A stretch of DNA of 64,000 nucleotides from Alphaproteobacteria bacterium (GCA_049602055.1 JBMYRG010000003.1:112495-176494), one strand, 5' to 3'; shown: positions 10,476 to 20,089, counted from the first letter of the stretch. Notes: generated by a model not told the origin, from the sequence alone. Made by a program: numbers and translations.

Positions 10476-11096
10476 ATGAAAATTATCGGGCGAAAAAGCT
10501 CTTCCAATGTTCAGAAGGTCCTGTGGTGTTGTGCGGAGCTGGATATAGAGTATGAACGAGAAGATGCCGGGCGCGAGTTTGGCGTTGTGGATACTGACGC
10601 GTTCTACCAGATGAACCCTAATAGAAGGGTTCCTGTTTTAATCGACGGGGATTTTATTTTATGGGAGTCCAATGCAATTGTTCGCATGATTTCTGCGCAT
10701 TACGGTTTTGGGTCACTATATCCCGAAAATCTGCAGATTAGGGCAAATGCAGACCGGTGGATGGACTGGCAACTCGCAACCCTCGGTCCGGGCTTTACGG
10801 GGATGTTTCACGGGCTCATTCGCGACGAACCGGAAAAAAGAAACTGGGATGCGATTAATAAATCTATCGCGACAACGCAGGCCAATCTCGAAATACTGGA
10901 TCGATATCTGGCTGATTCCGCCTTCATCGCCGGTGATGAATTAACGATGGGCGACATCCCCATCGGTATTTACGCCTATCGCTGGTATGCTTTCGAAGAT
11001 CTAGACCGCAAATCGCTTCCCAATTTGGAGCGCTGGTACGCGTCCTTGCAGGAACGACCGGCTTTTCAGGAATTTGTCATGGTGGGACTGGGATAA
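10476..11096 (+). CDS. glutathione S-transferase (tandem paralog)
   Basis: 206 aa, about 50% identical to the upstream GST (MKIIGRKSSSNVQKVLWCC...VPVLIDGDFILWESNA). Confidence 0.8.
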   Translation: MKIIGRKSSSNVQKVLWCCAELDIEYEREDAGREFGVVDTDAFYQMNPNRRVPVLIDGDFILWESNAIVRMISAHYGFGSLYPENLQIRANADRWMDWQLATLGPGFTGMFHGLIRDEPEKRNWDAINKSIATTQANLEILDRYLADSAFIAGDELTMGDIPIGIYAYRWYAFEDLDRKSLPNLERWYASLQERPAFQEFVMVGLG

Positions 11097-11116
11097 CGAA
11101 CCCTGTCAGGGCATAT

Positions 11117-11980
11117 CTACTCGCCAACAGCGTATTTCTTTTCAGCTTCGTAATAATCGTTAAAGCCAACGACATCCCGTAAATGCGCGAACTCGGCGAG
11201 ACCCTCTGGTGTCTTGCCTGATTTCAGCGATTGGAGTGCTGCTTCCATTGCCGCTATGGAAGCTTCTATCATTGTGAGTGGGTACAGTACGATCTTAAAA
11301 CCCATCTCATGCAGGACATCGGGTGGCAAGAGCGGCGTATCACCCTGCTCGACCAGATTGGCCATTTTATGGCCGGGGACACCCTCACAGAATCCCCGCA
11401 TCTCTTCCTCGCTTTGAGGCGCTTCCAGGAAAAGAATGTCAGCACCCAGGTCAGCAAATGCCCTAATGCGCCACATGGCTTCATCAAACCCGTCGGTAGC
11501 TCGGGCATCCGTGCGGGCCATGATTAAAATATCAGCCCCCTCTTCGCGGGCATCAACGGCGGCCTGAATCCGGCCAATAGCTTCTCCACGATCAACGACC
11601 TGTTTGCCTCGCGTATGACCACATCTTTTCGGCGCGACCTGATCTTCAATCATACAACAGCCAAACCCGGCCTGTGCATAACCCGCAACGGTCCGTTTTA
11701 CGTTTAGAGCATTGCCGTACCCGGTATCGCCATCACCAATCACCGGGATAGAAACCGCGTCACAGATATTGCGTCCCTGCTCGAGCATTTCGCTATAAGA
11801 AATCAGCCCGGTATCTGGGACACCGAGACGCGCTGCCGATACCGCAAACCCGCTCATAAAGCTCAAACCAAAACCCGCCCGCTCGATAAGCCGTGCGGAA
11901 AGCGCATCATAGCAGGCGGGTGCCACGAGAATATCGGGGCTCGTCAGGAGCGTTCGAAGCTTATCAGCGTTGGATTGCAT
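11117..11980 (-). CDS. isocitrate lyase / PEP mutase family protein (2-methylisocitrate lyase or carboxyvinyl-carboxyphosphonate phosphorylmutase-like)
   Basis: 287 aa. PEP mutase / ICL fold motifs (LVAPACYDALSARL...GDTGYGN...EDQVAPKRCGH). TAG stop. Confidence 0.75.
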   Translation of the reverse strand: MQSNADKLRTLLTSPDILVAPACYDALSARLIERAGFGLSFMSGFAVSAARLGVPDTGLISYSEMLEQGRNICDAVSIPVIGDGDTGYGNALNVKRTVAGYAQAGFGCCMIEDQVAPKRCGHTRGKQVVDRGEAIGRIQAAVDAREEGADILIMARTDARATDGFDEAMWRIRAFADLGADILFLEAPQSEEEMRGFCEGVPGHKMANLVEQGDTPLLPPDVLHEMGFKIVLYPLTMIEASIAAMEAALQSLKSGKTPEGLAEFAHLRDVVGFNDYYEAEKKYAVGE

Positions 11981-12015
11981 TATTATTTCAAACCTTAGAA
12001 TTGACCCGAAGCGTC

Positions 12016-12195
12016 TTAGGAATCGTGGTCAAAGCTGACCCGGATCAGGTGGAAAACGAAGAAAATTGCAAAAGCAAAGAATAAGAGCCCGCCATAATAC
12101 GGGACGCCGTGGCCGGAATTTGCCGCGACAAACAGTCCGCCAACCGCCATGACAGCCGTTACCGCACCCATAATCCAATTACCTAGCTGTTTCAT
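12016..12195 (-). CDS. small two-helix membrane protein (59 aa), absent from the ORF track
   Basis: Translation is MKQLGNWIMGAVTAVMAVGGLFVAANSGHGVPYYGGLLFFAFAIFFVFHLIRVSFDHDS. GAGG Shine-Dalgarno lies about 10 nt upstream of the ATG. Two hydrophobic segments. Sits downstream of the histidine kinase on the same strand. Confidence 0.35.
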   Translation of the reverse strand: MKQLGNWIMGAVTAVMAVGGLFVAANSGHGVPYYGGLLFFAFAIFFVFHLIRVSFDHDS

Positions 12196-12296
12196 TGTAA
12201 AACCTCACATAACGAACCGAATTTCACACTTTGTATACCGCATCGGTGATTAACCGCAACTTACTCAGCGCATACTAAACTTGCCAGCAATGATGT

Positions 12297-13652
12297 CTAG
12301 CCGTGGACCAGTGTTGGGGTCGGCCGCTCACTATGATTAGGCTCAATCGGCAGCGATAACCGAAAAACCGTACCCTCATCCGTACTGCGCGCCAGGCTAA
12401 TATCACCACCATGGCCCAGCATCAGATCTTGTGCGATCGATAGACCAAGACCTGAGCCTCCGGCACGTGAAGAGCGCGCAAATGGCTGGAACAGCTCATT
12501 GCGAACGCGTTCCGGGAGGCCCGGCCCGTTATCAGAGATTTCAATAATGGCATGACCGACTTCGGAATGAGCTCTCACTGTTACCCGGGTTGCCCCCGCT
12601 TCAAAGGCATTACGCGCCAAATTGAGAAAAACTCGATACATTTGGTCTCTGTCAGCATGGAGTTCCAGTCGCGCATCAACACGGCTATCGAGAACAGTGT
12701 TGCCATCGCCCATCGTCTTCGCGGCGTCTGAAGTTTCATCTAGTAAGGGGGCCAATCCAAATCGCGTTAATTCAAGCTCTGTCGTCCCTTCCTGCACAAA
12801 GCGGAGAGTTTTTGAGCACAATGTTACAGCACGATCTATAGCGCCCATCAACGTCGGGGCAACACGCTTCACGTTGGGATCTTCGGAGACTTCCAAATGA
12901 TCTGACATCAGCTGAGCCGTCGCAAGGATGTTGCGCAGATCGTGGTTGATCTTGGCGACCGCGGTTCCCAACGCTGCGAGGCGCGTTTTCTGAATAAGTG
13001 CTGTTCGCAATCCCCGCTGCATGCCTGCTAGCTCACGTTCGGCAACACCAAGCTCATCAGTTCTTTTCCCCGGTTGAACGAGACGGGTCCCTTCTTCTGG
13101 TGCCTGGCGAAAGGAAACCATGGCGGCTGTAATGGACCGCATTGGGCGGACAAATAGCCATTGCAGGCTGGCATAAACCAATACGGCTGTCATGAGAGAG
13201 ATCATGATCGACAGCGCCAAGATATTCAGCGAATAATCGATCATCGCGCTCCGCAGGGGCGCTTCTGCAATAACAGTCTCGACGACAATATTAGGGTCTT
13301 TGGGTGACGCCCTAATGATCCGAAAGGTCCTGCTGTCGTCACTCAGGAGAATATCAAATGCATCGCCGATCAAGCCCATAAAACTGTGATTACTGAGATG
13401 GAATGTCGCGTCGATGCGGCGTGGCATCTCATCTGAAAGCATGAGCGATTTACTTGCTGGACGTTTTAAAACGATGCCAAATGATATTGCGTGATCCAGC
13501 AGCTCTTTTCTGAGCCGTTTATCGACCAGGTTATCCGGCGGAACCTCAAGCGCAAGACTGGCCAAATGGGCCGCAGCAATTCTCTCCTCAAGATACACGA
13601 GCCGGTATCGTCCTATAGAGGGCGCATATATAAACACTTCACTCAACATCAC
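12297..13652 (-). CDS. sensor histidine kinase (HisKA + HATPase_c), orphan in this window
   Basis: 451 aa. N-terminal domain, one TM segment, H-box (INHDLRNILATAQL) and G1/G2 ATP-binding motifs (DNGPGLP...GGSGLGLSI). No adjacent response regulator. Confidence 0.8.
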   Translation of the reverse strand: MMLSEVFIYAPSIGRYRLVYLEERIAAAHLASLALEVPPDNLVDKRLRKELLDHAISFGIVLKRPASKSLMLSDEMPRRIDATFHLSNHSFMGLIGDAFDILLSDDSRTFRIIRASPKDPNIVVETVIAEAPLRSAMIDYSLNILALSIMISLMTAVLVYASLQWLFVRPMRSITAAMVSFRQAPEEGTRLVQPGKRTDELGVAERELAGMQRGLRTALIQKTRLAALGTAVAKINHDLRNILATAQLMSDHLEVSEDPNVKRVAPTLMGAIDRAVTLCSKTLRFVQEGTTELELTRFGLAPLLDETSDAAKTMGDGNTVLDSRVDARLELHADRDQMYRVFLNLARNAFEAGATRVTVRAHSEVGHAIIEISDNGPGLPERVRNELFQPFARSSRAGGSGLGLSIAQDLMLGHGGDISLARSTDEGTVFRLSLPIEPNHSERPTPTLVHG

Positions 13653-13868
13653 AAAAAAATGGTGAGCAGCAGTAATCTGGCCGAAAGGCCTAATCCCCGT
13701 CTGGTGTTATGAGTTGTGTCTGACGCCATCAGCGGCAGTATACAGATTATTGTCGATAGGCGGTAAAGAAGATGCCGTACGCAAAAATAACTGGCCCTGG
13801 CCCAAAATAGAATAACGCCACCAAGCAAGAAGCCAGGCGGCGCTACCTAATAACGTCGCTAGAGGTTA

Positions 13869-14072
13869 TTAGCGCTTTTTAGCGGCGCAAGGATTGCAAC
13901 CACGCTTTTTGGCAGCACAGGGATTGCAACCACGTTTCGCGGCACAAGGATTACAGGCAGCAAGCTGGACATTACTGGATTTGCTGATGTCAGCAGTGGC
14001 TGCAGGCAGAGCTGTTGACGCGGCAGCAATTGCGGCAACGCTAAGGATTGTGGCAGTTTTCTTGATATTCAT
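13869..14072 (-). CDS. small secreted Cys-rich repeat peptide (3x CNPCAAK(K)RG)
   Basis: ATG at 14072 is preceded by a strong AGGAGG SD. Signal peptide MNIKKTATILSVAAIAAASTALPAATA. Mature part AACNPCAAKRGCNPCAAKKRGCNPCAAKKR. The DNA repeats differ at synonymous sites, consistent with a selected coding sequence. Confidence 0.55.
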   Translation of the reverse strand: MNIKKTATILSVAAIAAASTALPAATADISKSSNVQLAACNPCAAKRGCNPCAAKKRGCNPCAAKKR

Positions 14073-14095
14073 TTGGATCTCCCCTCCTAAAAGAA

Positions 14096-14111
14096 TTTTC
14101 GGCACCGAAAA
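14096..14111 (-). terminator. perfect palindrome TTTTCGGCACCGAAAA between the oxidoreductase stop and the SD of the Cys-repeat peptide gene (terminator / attenuator-like)
   Basis: 16-nt inverted repeat followed on the minus strand by AATTCTTTT, immediately upstream of AGGAGG. Confidence 0.3.
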
Positions 14112-14293
14112 GAAATTCCATCCGGAGGCAGAGTGTGGCGATCAAGACACAATTGTCTCAACAATCCGCAATTCTCCGCTTCCATTACATAATCATGCGG
14201 GACCCCGACACCAACTGATTACGCGATCACCTGCTTTCAACTTGTTGTGAGTGCAGCGTTAGAATGACGAACGAGAATTGATTCCGTCGACAA

Positions 14294-15718
14294 TTATCCT
14301 AAGGCGAGGAGAAATCTGACGATCTTTTTAGTACGATCACTAAACAGCGATGGCGTATAATAAGACCCCGCAGTCCGCTTGTTAATTTCGCCCAGTGTCG
14401 GATAAGGCAGGATGAGCCCGGCGACGTCCTTAATCTTCATCCTTTTCGAAATCGGCAGACACCAGCTTTGAATGATTTCGCCAGCCTTTTCACCAACCAT
14501 ACTGGCACCAACGATAACACCTTTCGATGTCGTGATCACTTTTAACAAGCCGTCCGTCTCCGCTTCCGCACGCGCGCGGTCATTATCGGCGAACTTAGCC
14601 TGTAGAACTTTTACATCGCCGAACTGTTGGCGCGCAGCCTCTTCTGTCAGGCCGACCTGAGCGAGCTCAGGCGATGTATAAGTCACCCAAGGCACAGCGG
14701 TGTAATCTGATTTTGCCGGCAACCGGAACAGAATATTCCGGATTGCAATTCCAGCCTGATATCCCGCTATGTGAGTAAATTTATATCCCTCCGCGGCATC
14801 GCCGATTGCAAACACCCGCTTGTTTGAGGTTTGCATCCGAGCATTAACAGGAATTCCACCACGTCCCGCCTCAATCCCAGCGGCTTCAAGGTTTAAGTCG
14901 CTAATATTCGGTGTGCGACCAACAGCAAGAAGCAGATGGGAGCCCTCAATGGTGAGTACTTCACCATCACGTTCGGCTTCGATAGCAATGGCACCAGCAC
15001 TGCCGGAAATGGATTTGACGAGCGCTCCCTCACGAATATCGATGCCCTCTGCACTAAGTCTTTCAGTTACAACAACGGCAAGGTCCGGGTCATCATTGCC
15101 AAGCGCTTTCAACCCTTCAATGACCGTTACTTTTGCACCGAGCCTTCGATGCGCTTGCGCTAACTCTAGGCCGATGGGGCCACCCCCTATCACCAGAAGA
15201 TGATCTATCGGTTCAGCGTGATCAAAGATTGTCTCATTGGTAAAGAATGGAACGGTATCAAGGCCGGGAATTGGTGGTACCGCGGGCGCAGAACCTGTCG
15301 AAATAATGATACGCTTCGCAGATATTTCATACTCACCGGCAACAACAGTCCGGGGACCGCTGAAACGCCCATGTTCTCGAATAACCCGGACACCAAGCTC
15401 CTCAAACCTTTCCTGAGAGTCGTGTGGCGCAATACCGGCGATCACGCCTTTCACATGGGAACGGACCTTTTCATGATCGATTGCCGGTTCACCGGTCTCA
15501 ACACCAAACCGATTTGCGGTTCGTACTGAGTGAGCAGCATGGCCTGCCGCAATCAGGGCCTTCGATGGGACACAACCGTAATTCAGGCAGTCACCACCCA
15601 TCTCGCCTTTTTCAAGGAGAACGAGATCCGCCCCCATCTGAACCGCACCGGCAGCAAAGGATAGACCACCAGAGCCAGCCCCAATGACACAAACATCGGT
15701 CACAATCCGTTCACCCAT
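14294..15718 (-). CDS. class I pyridine nucleotide-disulfide oxidoreductase (dihydrolipoyl dehydrogenase / mercuric reductase-like flavoprotein)
   Basis: 474 aa. FAD-binding GxGxxG (VIGAGSGG), redox-active disulfide GGDCLNYGCVPSK, NAD-binding motif and a C-terminal dimerisation domain. No C-terminal Cys pair as in MerA. Confidence 0.8.
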   Translation of the reverse strand: MGERIVTDVCVIGAGSGGLSFAAGAVQMGADLVLLEKGEMGGDCLNYGCVPSKALIAAGHAAHSVRTANRFGVETGEPAIDHEKVRSHVKGVIAGIAPHDSQERFEELGVRVIREHGRFSGPRTVVAGEYEISAKRIIISTGSAPAVPPIPGLDTVPFFTNETIFDHAEPIDHLLVIGGGPIGLELAQAHRRLGAKVTVIEGLKALGNDDPDLAVVVTERLSAEGIDIREGALVKSISGSAGAIAIEAERDGEVLTIEGSHLLLAVGRTPNISDLNLEAAGIEAGRGGIPVNARMQTSNKRVFAIGDAAEGYKFTHIAGYQAGIAIRNILFRLPAKSDYTAVPWVTYTSPELAQVGLTEEAARQQFGDVKVLQAKFADNDRARAEAETDGLLKVITTSKGVIVGASMVGEKAGEIIQSWCLPISKRMKIKDVAGLILPYPTLGEINKRTAGSYYTPSLFSDRTKKIVRFLLALG

Positions 15719-15754
15719 GGGAAACTCCGCGATAAGTTTGTTTCTTTATGAAGC

Positions 15755-16585
15755 CTAACGGCCCTTGAACTTTTTATAGAGCACCGGCAACAACGCAAGT
15801 GCCGCCAACCCGATAATGGGTAGCAAGAATCTTAGTTCAAAGATAATTCCGAGATTAACGTCCTGACCAGCCTCGAGCAGCGCACCAACGCCGTCACCAA
15901 CCAAGGCGTACACGAAAGTACCGGGAATAATGCCGACGGCGGTTCCGAAAATATAAACGCCAACCGGGACACCTAAGAAGGCGGGGACTAAATTCACCAG
16001 CCAAAAAGGAAATACCGGGATCAAACGCAGGAATAACAGGTAGCTCAGCGCATTTTCCTTAAACCCGTCTTCCATCTTACGAATTGCGTTACCAGCCTTG
16101 TCGCGGAGCAAATCCGCCAATGCATAACGCGCCGCCAGAAAAATAGCCGTCGCACCAATCGTTGCACCAAAAACCGTTAAGGTACCGCCTAACCAGGGTC
16201 CGAACAGAAAACCACCTGCAATCGTCATAACGGCACCACCAGGAATAGAAAACGCCGTCACCACCGCGTACATGCCTGCATAGGCCAACCAGGCGACCAG
16301 ACCTGTATCGGCGACCCAACCAGTCAACGCTTCCCGGTTCTCTTTCAACGCCGTCAGGGAAAGATAACGATCAAGATCAAAGGCAAAGAAAACAACCAAC
16401 CCTGCAACAAGCACAACAACAGGGATTAATTTCGCTGGAGAAAACCCCGTCTTTCCACCGGATTCCGGCGCCGCGGAGTCTTTCTGCGTGTCATTACCCA
16501 AGGTCTTCTCCTTCGGAAAACCGGTTAAGGCATGCTGTTCAGATGCTCGCCCAACCATACCCACTAATTCTTTATCCATTTGCAT
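15755..16585 (-). CDS. DedA / TVP38 / TMEM64 family membrane protein
   Basis: 276 aa. Polytopic, with the conserved DedA core (FIPGGAVMTIAGGFLFGPW...). Confidence 0.75.
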   Translation of the reverse strand: MQMDKELVGMVGRASEQHALTGFPKEKTLGNDTQKDSAAPESGGKTGFSPAKLIPVVVLVAGLVVFFAFDLDRYLSLTALKENREALTGWVADTGLVAWLAYAGMYAVVTAFSIPGGAVMTIAGGFLFGPWLGGTLTVFGATIGATAIFLAARYALADLLRDKAGNAIRKMEDGFKENALSYLLFLRLIPVFPFWLVNLVPAFLGVPVGVYIFGTAVGIIPGTFVYALVGDGVGALLEAGQDVNLGIIFELRFLLPIIGLAALALLPVLYKKFKGR

Positions 16586-16759
16586 GTACCATAGTCATTC
16601 TACACTGATCTAGTCACCGTAGGGGGGTGAACCAATCAACTGCCGCTAAACTAAACGTGAAGAGAGTGAATTTAGACGGACTCAATGAATTGACTTCGCC
16701 GCGCCAAAACCTTATACAGCCTCCTCTTTTTAATAATCTCCTATTTGCGGAGTTCTGCC

Positions 16760-16894
16760 GTGAAGCGCACATATCAACCGAGCGTTCTCGTTCGTAAACG
16801 TCGTCATGGGTTTCGTGCCCGTAAAGCCACCGTTGGCGGTCGCCGGGTTCTAGCTACCCGTCGCGCTCGGGGCCGCAAACGTCTGTCCGCCTGA
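16760..16894 (+). CDS. rpmH: 50S ribosomal protein L34
   Basis: 44 aa, [47 protein letters not shown] start. Below the ORF-track length cut-off. Confidence 0.9.
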   Translation: MKRTYQPSVLVRKRRHGFRARKATVGGRRVLATRRARGRKRLSA

Positions 16895-16897
16895 ACG

Positions 16898-17302
16898 ATG
16901 ACCGAGGCGCCTCAGCGCCTGAAACGTCGCCATCAGTTTCTCCGCATAGCCCGCGGTGGGAAGAAATGTGCAATGCCCGGTCTTGTTCTTCAGGCCCAGA
17001 AACAGCCGCCCCTTGATCCAGGCGCTGCCGTCGACAATATCCGAGTAGGCTTCACCGTCAGCCGCAAAGTAGGGAATTCCGTAGTTCGCAATCGTGCACG
17101 CCGACGGCTTCGCGCTGCAGCAGATGTCGTGCTAAAAGATCACGCAGCTGACGGGCACGATTATGTCATTATTGGACGGGCAGCCACGCCGAGCCGCAAG
17201 TTTGATGCGTTGGTCGGTGATCTCGAAGATGCGCTACAAAAGCTGGGAAAATGGCGGAGCCCGACAAATGAGGACAAACAAGCGGAAAGGGAGGGCATAT
17301 AA
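16898..17302 (+). CDS. rnpA: ribonuclease P protein component
   Basis: 134 aa basic protein directly after rpmH. RNase P protein pattern (FLRIARGGKK...VGNSVVRNRARRRLR). Confidence 0.85.
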   Translation: MTEAPQRLKRRHQFLRIARGGKKCAMPGLVLQAQKQPPLDPGAAVDNIRVGFTVSRKVGNSVVRNRARRRLRAAADVVLKDHAADGHDYVIIGRAATPSRKFDALVGDLEDALQKLGKWRSPTNEDKQAEREGI

Positions 17303-17305
17303 AAA

Positions 17306-17569
17306 ATGAATTTATTGTCGGCAGTTCTGCGATCTCTCTGTCGTGGCCTCATTCGCTTCTATCAATGGGTAATTTCACCTTTATTTCCGGCAACCTGCCG
17401 TTACGCCCCCTCTTGCTCGCATTACGCCGCTGACGCTATTACACGCTTCGGAATTCTTCGTGGTGGCTGGATGGCGATCAAACGCATTGGTCGATGCCAC
17501 CCTTGGGGCGGGACTGGTTATGACCCAGTACCCGAAACAATCGACAACACCTACACGAAAGCAAAATAA
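17306..17569 (+). CDS. yidD: membrane protein insertion efficiency factor YidD
   Basis: 87 aa. [19 protein letters not shown]...[14 protein letters not shown] motif. Confidence 0.85.
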   Translation: MNLLSAVLRSLCRGLIRFYQWVISPLFPATCRYAPSCSHYAADAITRFGILRGGWMAIKRIGRCHPWGGTGYDPVPETIDNTYTKAK

Positions 17570-17574
17570 AGGTC

Positions 17575-19389
17575 ATGGAACAACGCAATCTCATAATGGC
17601 CGTCGTCGCCTCTGTTACGATCCTGCTCGGATGGCAGTTTCTCTATGAACAGCCACGTATCGAAAAGGAAATGGCTGCGCGCAAAGCAGCACAAATAGAG
17701 GCTGCCAAGAACAAACCGGCAGCTGTTCCAGGCCAAGTGCCTGCCACCAGTGGCCAGGGGGCGACCGTTCCGTCACCCACCCTTCAAACAGTAGTGCCAT
17801 CCGTTCCTGGCAGTGGCGCGCCGGTTCCAACCGCCCCTGTCGTGGGGATCCCCGTGAAACCATCGGGCCCCTCGCGCGCTTCGATTTTACAAAAAGCGCC
17901 CCGGGTGCAAATCAATTCAAATCGTCTAATTGGGTCGATTCAACTCAAAGGCGGTCAGTTTGACGACCTCACCTTTACCAGCTATCGGGAAACGCTCGAT
18001 AAATCGAGCCCAGCAATCACGTTGCTGTCACCCACTGGCACCAAGAACCCTTACTATGCACAATTCGGCTGGGTTTCCGCAAACGCGAGCGTCAAATTAC
18101 CAACCCCCGAAACTGTCTGGACGGCAGACCGGACAGCCCTGTCCCCTAAACAGCCTCTGACACTTAGATGGGATAATGGCCAGGGTGTAAAATTCAAACG
18201 GACAATCTTGCTTGATGAAAACTACATGTTTTCGGTCACGCAATCAGTTGAAAATAATAGCGGCAAAGCCATTACGCTGTACCCTTACGGTCTGGTTTCC
18301 CGCACCGGGACGCCCGAAACGCTGGGATTCTTCATTTTGCATGAAGGATTACTCGGTGTCTTCAATGGCCAACTGAAAGAACTCGATTACGACGATGTTC
18401 AAGAGGCGAAAACGATCACTCAACGGAGCAAAGGTGGCTGGATCGGTATCACCGACAAGTACTGGCTCACCGCGCTTATCCCCAATCAAAAATCCGACAT
18501 ACAAACCAATTTTCGCCATAACCTGCAATTAAATAAAGACAAGTATCAGGTCGATTATCTCGGCGACCCGCAGGTTATTCCGGCTGGCGGGTCAGGATCC
18601 GTCAGCAACCGGTTATTCGCCGGAGCCAAAGAAGTTAAACTTCTGGATGCCTATGAAGAAAATCTCGGCATTTCGCGCTTTGATCTCGCAATTGATTTTG
18701 GTTGGTTCTATTTCCTGACCAAGCCGATTTTCTACGTCCTGCTGTGGTTTGCTGATCACATCGGAAATTATGGGTTGGCCATTCTGCTGCTCACGGTTTT
18801 GATCAAGCTGGCCTTTTTCCCGCTCGCCAATAAATCCTATCGCGCCATGAGTAGGCTCAAGCAATTGCAACCAAAAATGACCAAGCTGCGCGACCGGCAT
18901 AAGGATGACCGGGCAAAAATGAACGAAGCGATGATGCAGCTTTATAAAAATGAAAAGGTCAATCCTGCTGCTGGTTGCTTCCCGATGCTCGTCCAGATTC
19001 CAGTATTCTTTGCTTTGTACAAAGTGCTGTTTGTTTCCATTGAGATGCGTCACGCGCCATTCTACGGCTGGATTCAGGACCTGTCGGCACCGGACCCGAC
19101 GTCTGTTTTCAGCCTGTTCGGCCTTATTCCCTGGACGCCACCAGAATTCCTGCTCATTGGCATCTGGCCGATCCTGATGGGTATTACGATGTATCTGCAG
19201 CAGAAATTGAATCCGGCTCCGGCGGACCCGATGCAGGCGAAAATCTTTATGTTCCTGCCGATCATGTTCACCTTCATGCTGGCCCGTTTCCCAGCAGGAC
19301 TCGTAATTTACTGGGCGTGGAACAATATTCTGTCGATTGCCCAGCAATGGGTCATCATGCGGCGCATGGGGGTCAAGGTTAACCCCTGA
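17575..19389 (+). CDS. yidC: membrane protein insertase YidC
   Basis: 604 aa. N-terminal TM, large periplasmic domain, C-terminal 5-TM Oxa1 core (GWFYFL...LLLTVLIKL...CFPMLVQIPVFFALY). Confidence 0.9.
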   Translation: MEQRNLIMAVVASVTILLGWQFLYEQPRIEKEMAARKAAQIEAAKNKPAAVPGQVPATSGQGATVPSPTLQTVVPSVPGSGAPVPTAPVVGIPVKPSGPSRASILQKAPRVQINSNRLIGSIQLKGGQFDDLTFTSYRETLDKSSPAITLLSPTGTKNPYYAQFGWVSANASVKLPTPETVWTADRTALSPKQPLTLRWDNGQGVKFKRTILLDENYMFSVTQSVENNSGKAITLYPYGLVSRTGTPETLGFFILHEGLLGVFNGQLKELDYDDVQEAKTITQRSKGGWIGITDKYWLTALIPNQKSDIQTNFRHNLQLNKDKYQVDYLGDPQVIPAGGSGSVSNRLFAGAKEVKLLDAYEENLGISRFDLAIDFGWFYFLTKPIFYVLLWFADHIGNYGLAILLLTVLIKLAFFPLANKSYRAMSRLKQLQPKMTKLRDRHKDDRAKMNEAMMQLYKNEKVNPAAGCFPMLVQIPVFFALYKVLFVSIEMRHAPFYGWIQDLSAPDPTSVFSLFGLIPWTPPEFLLIGIWPILMGITMYLQQKLNPAPADPMQAKIFMFLPIMFTFMLARFPAGLVIYWAWNNILSIAQQWVIMRRMGVKVNP

Positions 19390-19420
19390 CCCACCCAGCG
19401 TCCCAAACAGGGACAGCGAA

Positions 19421-20089
19421 ATGTCACAGCAAGCGACTGACGGAATTGTCGCCGATCCGGAACAGATTAAGTTCGGAAGAAAGCTCTTCTCGGGTAGCTG
19501 TGAGTTTTTCGCGGGCTCTACCAAACTGGAAAATTTGCCGCCACCGGGATTACCCGAAATTGCCTTTGCCGGTAGATCCAACGTCGGAAAGTCCAGTCTC
19601 ATTAACGCGCTGACCGGACAGACAACACTCGCCCGCACCTCACGAACACCGGGACGAACCCAGCAACTCAATTTTTTCAATCTGGGCGACAGCATGGCGC
19701 TGGTCGATATGCCGGGCTATGGATACGCGCGGGCATCAAAGTCGCGCATACGGGATTGGACGACCCTGATGCATGATTATTTAAAAGGCCGCGTTACGCT
19801 ACATCGGCTATGTCTGTTGGTTGATGCCCGTCATGGCATCAAGGAATCCGACGAAACATTGATGAATGAACTGGACCAGGCGGCGGTGGTTTATCAGATC
19901 GTGCTCACTAAAGCCGATAAGGTATCCAGGACAGCCCTCGTAGAGTTTTCGAAAACATTCGATGCAATGCGGAAGAAACACCCCGCTGGTCATCCAGATA
20001 TTATTGCGACAAGTGCACGCAAAAACATAGGCATCCAGGAGCTTCGTACGTCGCTCGCAGCGCTGGCAGCGCCCCAGCAATTCATATAA
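19421..20089 (+). CDS. engB: ribosome biogenesis GTP-binding protein YihA / EngB
   Basis: G1 motif GRSNVGKSSLINALTG and the DMPGYGY switch region. The ATG at 19421 is chosen rather than the longer upstream ORF, which overlaps yidC. Confidence 0.85.
   Translation: MSQQATDGIVADPEQIKFGRKLFSGSCEFFAGSTKLENLPPPGLPEIAFAGRSNVGKSSLINALTGQTTLARTSRTPGRTQQLNFFNLGDSMALVDMPGYGYARASKSRIRDWTTLMHDYLKGRVTLHRLCLLVDARHGIKESDETLMNELDQAAVVYQIVLTKADKVSRTALVEFSKTFDAMRKKHPAGHPDIIATSARKNIGIQELRTSLAALAAPQQFI

Noticed and set aside
13880-13975. Short direct DNA repeats of about 30 nt that could suggest a CRISPR or VNTR array
   Set aside because: They are in-frame coding repeats of the Cys-repeat peptide, with synonymous differences only. 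There are no spacers and no cas genes.
13894-14250. 118-aa plus-strand ORF
   Set aside because: Antisense to the well-supported small peptide gene (SD plus signal peptide). Gln/Ala-rich translation of the reverse frame of the repeats.
19337-19420. Longer upstream start for engB overlapping yidC
   Set aside because: The N-terminal extension is not conserved-looking. The ATG at 19421 gives a typical EngB N-terminus after the yidC stop.
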